Shown one piece after another: positions 10,776 through 24,370 of a stretch of 34,968 nucleotides of DNA. The notes under the pieces were generated by a model. That model did not search any database. It saw only the letters and a list, made by a program, of their open reading frames with translations, and was not told the origin of the DNA. The position numbers were made by a program, and so were the translations under genes. The DNA lies in NCBI GenBank assembly GCA_043228905.1, contig JBHGNT010000323.1:1-34968 (forward strand), given 5' to 3'. Positions within the stretch are counted from its first letter, which is position 1; each line of letters opens with the position of its first letter. The stretch is from Azolla caroliniana. Lineage: Eukaryota; Plantae; Polypodiophyta.

Positions 10776-13099
10776 TCGACCTGAGTTTCAGAATCTTGAT
10801 TTTTTAATTCTAGATCATAGCTAGCGTTGTTAGCTTCGATACGCATGTTTGAACACAAAAATCCGATATCACACGAGTCAGGTATGAACATTTTAATTGA
10901 CTCACGCGCTCTTCTCAAGTCCCTCCTCAAATTTGCTAATTTCGTCATGTCTCTCGACCTGAGTTTCAGAATCTTGATTTTTTAATTCGATATCATAGCT
11001 AGCGTTGTTAGCTTCGATACGCATGTTTGAACACAAAAATCCGATATCACACGAGCCAGGTATGAACATTTTAATTTAGTCACGCGCTCTTCTAAAGTCC
11101 CTCCTCAAATTTGCTAATTTCTTCATGTCTCTCGGCCTGAGTTTCAAAATCTCGATTTTTTAATTCTAGATCATAGCTAGCGTTGTTAGCTTCCATACTC
11201 ATGTTTGAACACAAAAATCCGATATCACACGAGCCAGGTATGAACATTTTAATTGACTCACGCGCTCTTCTCAAGTCCCTACCCAATTTTGCTAATTTCT
11301 TCATGTCTCTCGACCTGAGTTTCAGAATCTCGATTTTTTAATTCCATATCATAGCTAGCGTTGTTAGATTCGATACGCATGTTTGAACACAAAAATCCGA
11401 TATCACACGAGCCAGGTATGAATATTTTAATTGACTCACGCGCTCTTCTAAAGTCCCTCCTCAAATTTGGTAATTTCGTCATGTCTCTCGACCTGAGTTT
11501 CAAAATCTGGATTTTTTAATTCAATATCATAGCTAGCGTTGTTAGCTTCGATACGCATGTTTGAACACAAAAATCCGATATCACACGACCCAGGTATGAA
11601 CATTTTAATTTAGTCACGGGCTCTTCTAAAGTCCCTCCTCAAATTTGCTAATTTCTTCATGTCTCTCGGCCTGAGTTTCAAAATCTCGATTTTTTAATTC
11701 GATATCATAGCTAGCGTTGTTAGCTTCGATACGCATGTTTGAACACAAAAATCCGATATCACACGAGCCAGGTATGAACATTTTAATTGACTCACGGGCT
11801 CTTCTAAAGTACCTCCTCAAATTTGCTAATTTCTTCATGTCTCTCGACCTGAGTTTCAAAATCTCGATTTTTTAATTCCATATCATAGCTAGCGTTGTTA
11901 GATTCGATACGCATGTTTGAACACAAAAATCCGATATCACACGAGCCAGGTATGAACATTTTAATTGACTCACGCGCTCTTCTAAAGTCCCTCCTCAAAT
12001 TTGCTAATTTCGTCATGTCTCTCGACCTGAGTTTCAAAATCTGGATTTTTTAATTCTATATCATAGCTAGCGTTGTTAGCTTCGATACGCATGTTTGAAC
12101 ACAAAAATCCGATATCACACGAGCCAGGTATGAACATTTTAATTTAGTCACGCGCTCTTCTAAAGTCCCTCCTCAAATTTGCTAATTTCTTCATGTCTCT
12201 CGGCCTGAGTTTCAAAATCTCGATTTTTTAATTCGATATCATAGCTAGCGTTGTTAGCTTCGATACGCATGTTTGAACACAAAAATCCGATATCACCCGA
12301 GCCAGGTATGAACATTTTAATTTAGTCACGGGCTCTTCTAAAGTCGCTCCTCAAATTTGCTAATTTTTTCATGTCTCTCGACCTGAGTTTCAGAATCTTG
12401 ATTTTTTAATTCTAGATCATAGCTAGCGTTGTTAGCTTCGATACGCATGTTTGAACACAAAAATCCGATATCACACGAGTCAGGTATGAACATTTTAATT
12501 GACTCACGGGCTCTGCTAAAGTCGCTCCTCAAATTTGCTAATTTCTTCATGTCTCTCGACCTGCATTTCAAAATCTCGATTTTTTAATTGTATATTATAG
12601 CTAGCGTTGTTAGCTTCCATACGTAGGTTTGAACACAAATATCCGATATCACACGAGCCAGGTATGAACATTTTAATTTAGTCAGGAGCTCTTCTAAAGT
12701 GCCTCCTCAAATTTGCTAATTTCTTCATGTCTCTCGACCTGAGTTTCAAAATCTCGATTTTTTTATTCCATATCATAGCTAGCGTTGTTAGATTCGATAC
12801 GCATGTTTGAACACAAAAATCCGATATCACACGAGCCAGGTATGAACATTTTAATTGACTCACGCGCTCTTCTAAAGTCCCTCCTCAAATTTGCTAATTT
12901 CGTCATGTCTCTCGACCTGAGTTTCAAAATCTGGATTTTTTAATTCTATATCATAGCTAGCGTTGTTAGCTTCGATACGCATGTTTGAACACAAAAATCC
13001 GATATCACACGACCCAGGTATGAACATTTTAATTTAGTCACGGGCTCTTCTAAAGTCCCTCCTCAAATTTGCTAATTTCTTCATGTCTCTCGGCCTGAG

Positions 13100-14450
13100 T
13101 TTCAAAATCTCGATTTTTTAATTCGATATCATAGCTAGCGTTGTTAGCTTCGATACGAATGTTTGAACACAAAAATCCGATATCACACGAGCCAGGTATG
13201 AACATTTTAATTTAGTCACGGGCTCTTCTAAAGTCGCTCCTCAAATTTGCTAATTTTTTCATGTCTCTCGGCCTGAGTTTCAAAATCTCGATTTTTTAAT
13301 TCGATATCATAGCTAGCGTTGTTAGCTTCGATACGCATGGTTGAACACAAAAATCCGATATCACACGAGCCAGGTATGAACATTTTAATTTAGTCACGGG
13401 CTCTTCTAAAGTCGCTCCTCAAATTTGCTAATTTCTTCATGTCTCTCGACCTGAGTTTAAAAATCTCGATTTTTTAATTCCATATCATAGCTAGCGTTGT
13501 TAGCTTCGATACTCATGTTTGAACACAAAAATCCGATATCACACGAGCCAGGTATGAACATTTTAATTGACTCACGCGCTCTTCTCAAGTCCCTACCCAA
13601 TTTTGCTAATTTCTTCATGTCTCTCGACCTGAGTTTCAGAATCTCGATTTTTTAATTCCATATCATAGCTAGCGTTGTTAGATTCGATACGCATGTTTGA
13701 ACACAAAAATCCGATATCACACGAGCCAGGTATGAACATTTTAATTGACTCACGCGCTCTTCTAAAGTGCCTCCTCAAATTTGCTAATTTCGTCATGTCT
13801 CTCGACCTGAGTTTCAAAATCTGGATTTTTTAATTCTATATCATAGCTAGCGTTGTTAGCTTCGATACGCATGTTTGAACACAAAAATCCGATATCACAC
13901 GAGCCAGGTATGAACATTTTAATTTAGTCACGCGCTCTTCTAAAGTCCCTCCTCAAATTTGCTAATTTCTTCATGTCTCTCGGCCTGAGTTTCAAAATCT
14001 CGATTTTTTAATTCGATATCATAGCTAGCGTTGTTAGCTTCGATACGCATGTTTGAACACAAAAATCCGATATCACACGAGCCAGGTATGAACATTTTAA
14101 TTTAGTCACGGGCTCTTCTAAAGTCGCTCCTCAAATTTGCTAATTTCTTCATGTCTCTCGGCCTGAGTTTCAAAATCTCGATTTTTTAATTCGATATCAT
14201 AGCTAGCGTTGTTAGCTTCGATACGCATGTTTGAACACAAAAATCCGATATCACACGAGCCAGGTATGAACATTTTAATTTAGTCACGGGCTCTTCTAAA
14301 GTCGCTCCTCAAATTTGCTAATTTTTTCATGTCTCTCGACCTGAGTTTCAGAATCTTGATTTTTTAATTCTAGATCATAGCTAGCGTTGTTAGCTTCGAT
14401 ACGCATGTTTGAACACAAAAATCCGATATCACACGAGTCAGGTATGAACA
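13100..14450. repeat. Block duplicated at about 16130-17480 (17-monomer offset, 3,026 bp)
   Basis: The private SNP acgAatg occurs only at 13158 and 16184. In both places it is followed by gcatGgttga, gtttAaaaat and ttcgatacTc in the same order. ORFs at 13593 and 16619 are identical. Confidence 0.85.
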
Positions 14451-16539
14451 TTTTAATTTAGTCACGGGCTCTTCTAAAGTCGCTCCTCAAATTTGCTAAT
14501 TTCTTCATGTCTCTCGGCCTGAGTTTCAAAATCTCGATTTTTTAATTCGATATCATAGCTAGCGTTGTTAGCTTCGATACGCATGTTTGAACACAAAAAT
14601 CCGATATCACACGAGCCAGGTATGAACATTTTAATTTAGTCACGGGCTCTTCTAAAGTCGCTCCTCAAATTTGCTAATTTTTTCATGTCTCTCGACCTGA
14701 GTTTCAGAATCTTGATTTTTTAATTCTAGATCATAGCTAGCGTTGTTAGCTTCGATACGCATGTTTGAACACAAAAATCCGATATCACACGAGTCAGGTA
14801 TGAACATTTTAATTGACTCACGGGCTCTTCTAAAGTCGCTCCTCAAATTTGCTAATTTCTTCATGTCTCTCGACCTGCATTTCAAAATCTCGATTTTTTA
14901 ATTGTATATTATAGCTAGCGTTGTTAGCTTCCATACGTAGGTTTGAACACAAATATCCGATATCACACGAGCCAGGTATGAACATTTTAATTTAGTCAGG
15001 AGCTCTTCTAAAGTGCCTCCTCAAATTTGCTAATTTCTTCATGTCTCTCGACCTGAGTTTCAAAATCTCGATTTTTTTATTCCATATCATAGCTAGCGTT
15101 GTTAGATTCGATACGCATGTTTGAACACAAAAATCCGATATCACACGAGCCAGGTATGAACATTTTAATTGACTCACGCGCTCTTCTAAAGTCCCTCCTC
15201 AAATTTGCTAATTTCGTCATGTCTCTCGACCTGAGTTTCAAAATTTGGATTTTTTAATTCTATATCATAGCTAGCGTTGTTAGCTTCGATACGCATGTTT
15301 GAACACAAAAATCCGATATCACACGACCCAGGTATGAACATTTTAATTTAGTCACGCGCTCTTCTAAAGTCCCTCCTCAAATTTGCTAATTTCTTCATGT
15401 CTCTCGGCCTGAGTTTCAAAATCTCGATTTTTTAATTCGATATCATAGCTAGCGTTGTTAGCTTCGATACGCATGTTTGAACACAAAAATCCGATATCAC
15501 ACGACCCAGGTATGAACATTTTAATTTAGTCACGGGCTCTTCTAAAGTCCCTCCTCAAATTTGCTAATTTCTTCATGTCTCTCGGCCTGAGTTTCAAAAT
15601 CTCGATTTTTTAATTCGATATCATAGCTAGCGTTGTTAGCTTCGATACGCATGTTTGAACACAAAAATCCGATATCACACGAGCCAGGTATGAACATTTT
15701 AATTTAGTCACGCGCTCTTCTAAAGTCCCTCCTCAAATTTGCTAATTTCTTCATGTCTCTCGGCCTGAGTTTCAAAATCTCGATTTTTTAATTCTAGATC
15801 ATAGCTAGCGTTGTTAGCTTCCATACTCATGTTTGAACACAAAAATCCGATATCACACGAGCCAGGTATGAACATTTTAATTGACTCACGCGCTCTTCTC
15901 AAGTCCCTACCCAATTTTGCTAATTTCTTCATGTCTCTCGACCTGAGTTTCAGAATCTCGATTTTTGAATTCCATATCATAGCTAGCGTTGTTAGATTCG
16001 ATACGCATGTTTGAACACAAAAATCCGATATCACACGAGCCAGGTATGAACATTTTAATTGACTCACGCGCTCTTCTAAAGTGCCTCCTCAAATTTGCTA
16101 ATTTCGTCATGTCTCTCGACCTGAGTTTCAAAATCTCGATTTTTTAATTCGATATCATAGCTAGCGTTGTTAGCTTCGATACGAATGTTTGAACACAAAA
16201 ATCCGATATCACACGAGCCAGGTATGAACATTTTAATTTAGTCACGGGCTCTTCTAAAGTCGCTCCTCAAATTTGCTAATTTTTTCATGTCTCTCGGCCT
16301 GAGTTTCAAAATCTCGATTTTTTAATTCGATATCATAGCTAGCGTTGTTAGCTTCGATACGCATGGTTGAACACAAAAATCCGATATCACACGAGCCAGG
16401 TATGAACATTTTAATTTAGTCACGGGCTCTTCTAAAGTCGCTCCTCAAATTTGCTAATTTCTTCATGTCTCTCGACCTGAGTTTAAAAATCTCGATTTTT
16501 TAATTCCATATCATAGCTAGCGTTGTTAGCTTCGATACT

Positions 16540-19500
16540 CATGTTTGAACACAAAAATCCGATATCACACGAGCCAGGTATGAACATTTTAATTGACTCA
16601 CGCGCTCTTCTCAAGTCCCTACCCAATTTTGCTAATTTCTTCATGTCTCTCGACCTGAGTTTCAGAATCTCGATTTTTTAATTCCATATCATAGCTAGCG
16701 TTGTTAGATTCGATACGCATGTTTGAACACAAAAATCCGATATCACACGAGCCAGGTATGAACATTTTAATTGACTCACGCGCTCTTCTAAAGTGCCTCC
16801 TCAAATTTGCTAATTTCGTCATGTCTCTCGACCTGAGTTTCAAAATCTGGATTTTTTAATTCTATATCATAGCTAGCGTTGTTAGCTTCGATACGCATGT
16901 TTGAACACAAAAATCCGATATCACACGAGCCAGGTATGAACATTTTAATTTAGTCACGCGCTCTTCTAAAGTCCCTCCTCAAATTTGCTAATTTCTTCAT
17001 GTCTCTCGGCCTGAGTTTCAAAATCTCGATTTTTTAATTCGATATCATAGCTAGCGTTGTTAGCTTCGATACGCATGTTTGAACACAAAAATCCGATATC
17101 ACACGAGCCAGGTATGAACATTTTAATTTAGTCACGGGCTCTTCTAAAGTCGCTCCTCAAATTTGCTAATTTCTTCATGTCTCTCGGCCTGAGTTTCAAA
17201 ATCTCGATTTTTTAATTCGATATCATAGCTAGCGTTGTTAGCTTCGATACGCATGTTTGAACACAAAAATCCGATATCACACGAGCCAGGTATGAACATT
17301 TTAATTTAGTCACGGGCTCTTCTAAAGTCGCTCCTCAAATTTGCTAATTTTTTCATGTCTCTCGACCTGAGTTTCAGAATCTTGATTTTTTAATTCTAGA
17401 TCATAGCTAGCGTTGTTAGCTTCGATACGCATGTTTGAACACAAAAATCCGATATCACACGAGTCAGGTATGAACATTTTAATTGACTCACGGGCTCTTC
17501 TAAAGTCGCTCCTCAAATTTGCTAATTTTTTCATGTCTCTCGACCTGAGTTTCAGAATCTTGATTTTTTAATTCTAGATCATAGCTAGCGTTGTTAGCTT
17601 CGATACGCATGTTTGAACACAAAAATCCGATATCACACGAGTCAGGTATGAACATTTTAATTGACTCACGGGCTCTTCTAAAGTCGCTCCTCAAATTTGC
17701 TAATTTCTTCATGTCTCTCGACCTGCATTTCAAAATCTCGATTTTTTAATTGTATATTATAGCTAGCGTTGTTAGCTTCCATACGTAGGTTTGAACACAA
17801 ATATCCGATATCACACGAGCCAGGTATGAACATTTTAATTTAGTCAGGAGCTCTTCTAAAGTGCCTCCTCAAATTTGCTAATTTCTTCATGTCTCTCGAC
17901 CTGAGTTTCAAAATCTCGATTTTTTTATTCCATATCATAGCTAGCGTTGTTAGATTCGATACGCATGTTTGAACACAAAAATCCGATATCACACGAGCCA
18001 GGTATGAACATTTTAATTGACTCACGCGCTCTTCTAAAGTCCCTCCTCAAATTTGCTAATTTCGTCATGTCTCTCGACCTGAGTTTCAAAATCTGGATTT
18101 TTTAATTCTATATCATAGCTAGCGTTGTCAGCTTCGATACGCATGTTTGAACACAAAAATCCGATATCACACGACCCAGGTATGAACATTTTAATTTAGT
18201 CACGGGCTCTTCTAAAGTCCCTCCTCAAATTTGCTAATTTCTTCATGTCTCTCGGCCTGAGTTTCAAAATCTCGATTTTTTAATTCGATATCATAGCTAG
18301 CGTTGTTAGCTTCGATACGCATGTTTGAACACAAAAATCCGATATCACACGAGCCAGGTATGAACATTTTAATTTAGTCACGGGCTCTTCTAAAGTCGCT
18401 CCTCAAATTTGCTAATTTTTTCATGTCTCTCGGCCTGAGTTTCAAAATCTCGATTTTTTAATTCGATATCATAGCTAGCGTTGTTAGCTTCGATACGCAT
18501 GTTTGAACACAAAAATCCGATATCACACGACCCAGGTATGAACATTTTAATTTAGTCACGAGCTCTTCTAAAGTGCCTCCTCAAATTTGCTAATTTGTTC
18601 ATGTCTCTCGACCTGAGTTTCAAAATCTCGATTTTTTAATTCCATATCATAGCTAGCGTTGTTAGATTCGATACGCATGTTTGAACACAAAAATCCGATA
18701 TCACACGAGCCAGGTATGAACATTTTAATTGACTCACGCGCTCTTCTAAAGTCCCTCCTCAAATTTGCTAATTTCGTCATGTCTCTCGACCTGAGTTTCA
18801 AAATCTGGATTTTTTAATTCTATATCATAGCTAGCGTTGTTAGCTTCGATACGCATGTTTGAACACAAAAATCCGATATCACACGAGCCAGGTATGAACA
18901 TTTTAATTTAGTCACGCGCTCTTCTAAAGTCCCTCCTCAAATTTGCTAATTTCTTCATGTCTCTCGGCCTGAGTTTCAAAATCTCGATTTTTTAATTCGA
19001 TATCATAGCTAGCGTTGTTAGCTTCGATACGCATGTTTGAACACAAAAATCCGATATCACACGAGCCAGGTATGAACATTTTAATTTAGTCACGGGCTCT
19101 TCTAAAGTCGCTCCTCAAATTTGCTAATTTTTTCATGTCTCTCGACCTGAGTTTCAGAATCTTGATTTTTTAATTCTAGATCATAGCTAGCGTTGTTAGC
19201 TTCGATACGCATGTTTGAACACAAAAATCCGATATCACACGAGTCAGGTATGAACATTTTAATTGACTCACGCGCTCTTCTCAAGTCCCTCCTCAAATTT
19301 GCTAATTTCCTCATGTCTCTCGACCTGAGTTTCAGAATCTTGATTTTTTAATTCGATATCATAGCTAGCGTTGTTAGCTTCGATACGCATGTTTGAACAC
19401 AAAAATCCGATATCACACGAGCCAGGTATGAACATTTTAATTTAGTCACGCGCTCTTCTAAAGTCCCTCCTCAAATTTGCTAATTTCTTCATGTCTCTCG

Positions 19501-22500
19501 GCCTGAGTTTCAAAATCTCGATTTTTTAATTCTAGATCATAGCTAGCGTTGTTAGCTTCCATACTCATGTTTGAACACAAAAATCCGATATCACACGAGC
19601 CAGGTATGAACATTTTAATTGACTCACGCGCTCTTCTCAAGTCCCTACCCAATTTTGCTAATTTCTTCATGTCTCTCGACCTGAGTTTCAGAATCTCGAT
19701 TTTTTAATTCCATATCATAGCTAGCGTTGTTAGATTCGATACGCATGTTTGAACACAAAAATCCGATATCACACGAGCCAGGTATGAATATTTTAATTGA
19801 CTCACGCGCTCTTCTAAAGTCCCTCCTCAAATTTGCTAATTTCGTCATGTCTCTCGACCTGAGTTTCAAAATCTCGATTTTTTAATTCTATATCATAGCT
19901 AGCGTTGTTAGCTTCGATACGCATGTTTGAACACAAAAATCCGATATCACACGAGGCAGGTATGAACATTTTAATTTAGTCACGCGCTCTTCTAAAGTCC
20001 CTCCTCAAATTTGCTAATTTCTTCATGTCTCTCGGCTTGAGTTTCAAAATCTCGATTTTATAATTCGATATCATAGCTAGCGTTGTTAGCTTCCATACTC
20101 ATGTTTGAACACAAAAATCCGATATCACACGAGGCAGGTATGAACATTGTAATTGACTCACGCGCTCTTCTCAAGTCCCTACCCAATTTTGCTAATTTCT
20201 TCATGTCTCTCGACCTGACTTTCAAAAACTTGATTTTTTAATTCTAGATCATAGCTAGCGTTGTTAGCTTCGATACGCATGTTTGAACACAAAAATCCGA
20301 TATCACACGAGTCAGGTATGAACATTTTAATTGACTCACGCGCTCTTCTCAAGTCCCTCCTCAAATTTGCTAATTTCCTCATGTCTCTCGACCTGAGTTT
20401 CAAAATCTCGATTTTTTAATTCTATATCATAGCTAGCGTTGTTAGCTTCGATACGCATGTTTGTACAGAAAAATCCGATATCACACGAGCCAGGTATGAA
20501 CATTTTAATTTAGTCACGGGCTCTTCTAAAGTCCCTCCTCAAATTTGCTAATTTCTTCATGTCTCTCGGCCTGAGTTTCAAAATCTCGATTTTTTAATTC
20601 GATATCATAGCTAGCGTTGTTAGCTTCGATACGCATGTTTGAACACAAAAATCCGATATCACACGACCCAGGTATGAACATTTTAATTTAGTCACGAGCT
20701 CTTCTAAAGTGCCTCCTCAAATTTGCTAATTTCTTCATGTCTCTCGGCCTGACTTTCAAAAACTTGATTTTTTAATTCTAGATCATAGCTAGCGTTCTAA
20801 GCTTCGATACGCATGTTTGAACACAAAAATCCGATATCACACGAGTCAGGTATGAACATTTTAATTGACTCACGCGCTCTTCTCAAGTCCCTCCTCAAAT
20901 TTGCTAATTTCCTCATGTCTCTCGACCTGAGTTTCAGAATCTTGATTTTTTAATTCTATATCATAGCTAGCGTTGTTAGCTTCGATACGCATGTTTGAAC
21001 ACAAAAATCCGATATCACACGAGCCAGGTATGAACATTTTAATTTAGTCACGGGCTCTTCTAAAGTCGCTCCTCAAATTTGCTAATTTCCTCATGTCTCT
21101 CGACCTGAGTTTCAGAATCTTGATTTTTTAATTCTATATCATAGCTAGCGTTGTTAGCTTCGATACGCATGTTTGAACACAAAAATCCGATATCACACGA
21201 GCCAGGTATGAACATTTTAATTTAGTCACGGGCTCTTCTAAAGTCGCTCCTCAAATTTGCTAATTTCTTCATGTCTCTCGACCTGAGTTTAAAAATCTCG
21301 ATTTTTTAATTCCATATCATAGCTAGCGTTGTTAGCTTCGATACGCATGTTTGAACACAAAAATCCGATATCACACGAGTCAGGTATGAACATTTTAATT
21401 GACTCACGCGCTCTTCTCAAGTCCCTCCTCAAATTTGCTAATTTCTTCATGTCTCTCGACCTGAGTTTCAGAATCTCGATTTTTTAATTCTATATCATAG
21501 CTAGCGTTCTTAGCTTCGATCCGCATGTTTGAACACAAAAATCCGATATCACACGAGCCAGGTATGAACATTTTAATTTGCTCACGCGCTCTTCTCAAGT
21601 CCCTCCTCAAATTTGCTAATGTCTTCATGTCTCTCGGCCTGACTTTCAAAAACTTGATTTTTTAATTCTATATCATAGCTAGCGTTCTTAGCTTCGATCC
21701 GCATGTTTGAACACAAAAATCCGATATCACACGAGCCAGGTATGAACATTTTAATTTGCTCACGCGCTCTTCTCAAGTCCCTCCTCAAATTTGCTAATGT
21801 CTTCATGTCTCTCGGCCTGACTTTCAAAAACTTGATTTTTTAATTCTAGATCATAGCTAGCGTTGTTAGCTTCGATACGCATGGTTGAACACAAAAATCC
21901 GATATCACACGAGCCAGGTATGAACATTTTAATTTAGTCACGGGCTCTTCTAAAGTCGCTCCTCAAATTTGCTAATTTCTTCATGTCTCTCGACCTGAGT
22001 TTAAAAATCTCGATTTTTTAATTCCATATCATAGCTAGCGTTGTTAGCTTCGATACGCATGTTTGAACACAAAAATCCGATATCACACGAGTCAGGTATG
22101 AACATTTTAATTGACTCACGCGCTCTTCTCAAGTCCCTCCTCAAATTTGCTAATTTCTTCATGTCTCTCGACCTGAGTTTCAGAATCTCGATTTTTTAAT
22201 TCTATATCATAGCTAGCGTTCTTAGCTTCGATCCGCATGTTTGAACACAAAAATCCGATATCACACGAGCCAGGTATGAACATTTTAATTTGCTCACGCG
22301 CTCTTCTCAAGTCCCTCCTCAAATTTGCTAATGTCTTCATGTCTCTCGGCCTGACTTTCAAAAACTTGATTTTTTAATTCGATATCATAGCTAGCGTTGT
22401 TAGCTTCGATACGCATGTTTGAACACAAAAATCCGATATCACACGACCCAGGTATGAACATTTTAATTTAGTCACGAGCTCTTCTAAAGTGCCTCCTCAA

Positions 22501-22720
22501 ATTTGCTAATTTGTTCATGTCTCTCGACCTGAGTTTCAAAATCTCGATTTTTTAATTCCATATCATAGCTAGCGTTGTTAGATTCGATACGCATGTTTGA
22601 ACACAAAAATCCGATATCACACGAGCCAGGTATGAACATTTTAATTGACTCACGCGCTCTTCTAAAGTCCCTCCTCAAATTTGCTAATTTCGTCATGTCT
22701 CTCGACCTGAGTTTCAAAAT
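16540..22720. repeat. First copy of a large (about 5.6-6.2 kb) duplicated block; second copy at about 27015-32660
   Basis: ORF pairs 17500/27798, 17840/28138, 18568/28866, 19102/29400, 19458/29756, 19645/29943, 20179/30477 and 21404/31702 all have offset 10,298 (58x178-26). The private SNP gttgtCagc is at 18129 and 28427. Confidence 0.9.
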
Positions 22721-24370
22721 CTGGATTTTTTAATTCTATATCATAGCTAGCGTTGTTAGCTTCGATACGCATGTTTGAACACAAAAATCCGATATCACAC
22801 GAGCCAGGTATGAACATTTTAATTTAGTCACGCGCTCTTCTAAAGTCCCTCCTCAAATTTGCTAATTTCTTCATGTCTCTCGGCCTGAGTTTCAAAATCT
22901 CGATTTTTTAATTCGATATCATAGCTAGCGTTGTTAGCTTCGATACGCATGTTTGAACACAAAAATCCGATATCACACGAGCCAGGTATGAACATTTTAA
23001 TTTAGTCACGGGCTCTTCTAAAGTCGCTCCTCAAATTTGCTAATTTTTTCATGTCTCTCGACCTGAGTTTCAGAATCTTGATTTTTTAATTCTAGATCAT
23101 AGCTAGCGTTGTTAGCTTCGATACGCATGTTTGAACACAAAAATCCGATATCACACGAGTCAGGTATGAACATTTTAATTGACTCACGCGCTCTTCTCAA
23201 GTCCCTCCTCAAATTTGCTAATTTCCTCATGTCTCTCGACCTGAGTTTCAGAATCTTGATTTTTTAATTCGATATCATAGCTAGCGTTGTTAGCTTCGAT
23301 ACGCATGTTTGAACACAAAAATCCGATATCACACGAGCCAGGTATGAACATTTTAATTTAGTCACGCGCTCTTCTAAAGTCCCTCCTCAAATTTGCTAAT
23401 TTCTTCATGTCTCTCGGCCTGAGTTTCAAAATCTCGATTTTTTAATTCTAGATCATAGCTAGCGTTGTTAGCTTCCATACTCATGTTTGAACACAAAAAT
23501 CCGATATCACACGAGCCAGGTATGAACATTTTAATTGACTCACGCGCTCTTCTCAAGTCCCTACCCAATTTTGCTAATTTCTTCATGTCTCTCGACCTGA
23601 GTTTCAGAATCTCGATTTTTTAATTCCATATCATAGCTAGCGTTGTTAGATTCGATACGCATGTTTGAACACAAAAATCCGATATCACACGAGCCAGGTA
23701 TGAATATTTTAATTGACTCACGCGCTCTTCTAAAGTCACTCCTCAAATTTGCTAATTTCGTCATGTCTCTCGACCTGAGTTTCAAAATCTCGATTTTTTA
23801 ATTCTATATCATAGCTAGCGTTGTTAGCTTCGATACGCATGTTTGAACACAAAAATCCGATATCACACGAGGCAGGTATGAACATTTTAATTTAGTCACG
23901 CGCTCTTCTAAAGTCCCTCCTCAAATTTGCTAATTTCTTCATGTCTCTCGGCCTGAGTTTCAAAATCTCGATTTTATAATTCGATATCATAGCTAGCGTT
24001 GTTAGCTTCCATACTCATGTTTGAACACAAAAATCCGATATCACACGAGGCAGGTATGAACATTTTAATTGACTCACGCGCTCTTCTCAAGTCCCTACCC
24101 AATTTTGCTAATTTCTTCATGTCTCTCGACCTGACTTTCAAAAAGTTGATTTTTTAATTCTAGATCATAGCTAGCGTTGTTAGCTTCGATACGCATGTTT
24201 GAACACAAAAATCCGATATCACACGAGTCAGGTATGAACATTTTAATTGACTCACGCGCTCTTCTCAAGTCCCTCCTCAAATTTGCTAATTTCCTCATGT
24301 CTCTCGACCTGAGTTTCAAAATCTCGATTTTTTAATTCTATATCATAGCTAGCGTTGTTAGCTTCGATAC
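22400..24370. repeat. Copy of about 18480-20450 (22-monomer offset, 3,916 bp)
   Basis: ORF pairs 18568/22484, 19102/23018, 19458/23374, 19645/23561 and 20179/24095 are all offset by 3,916. Shared variants include gaaTatttt, gagGcagg and gattttAtaatt. Confidence 0.85.
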
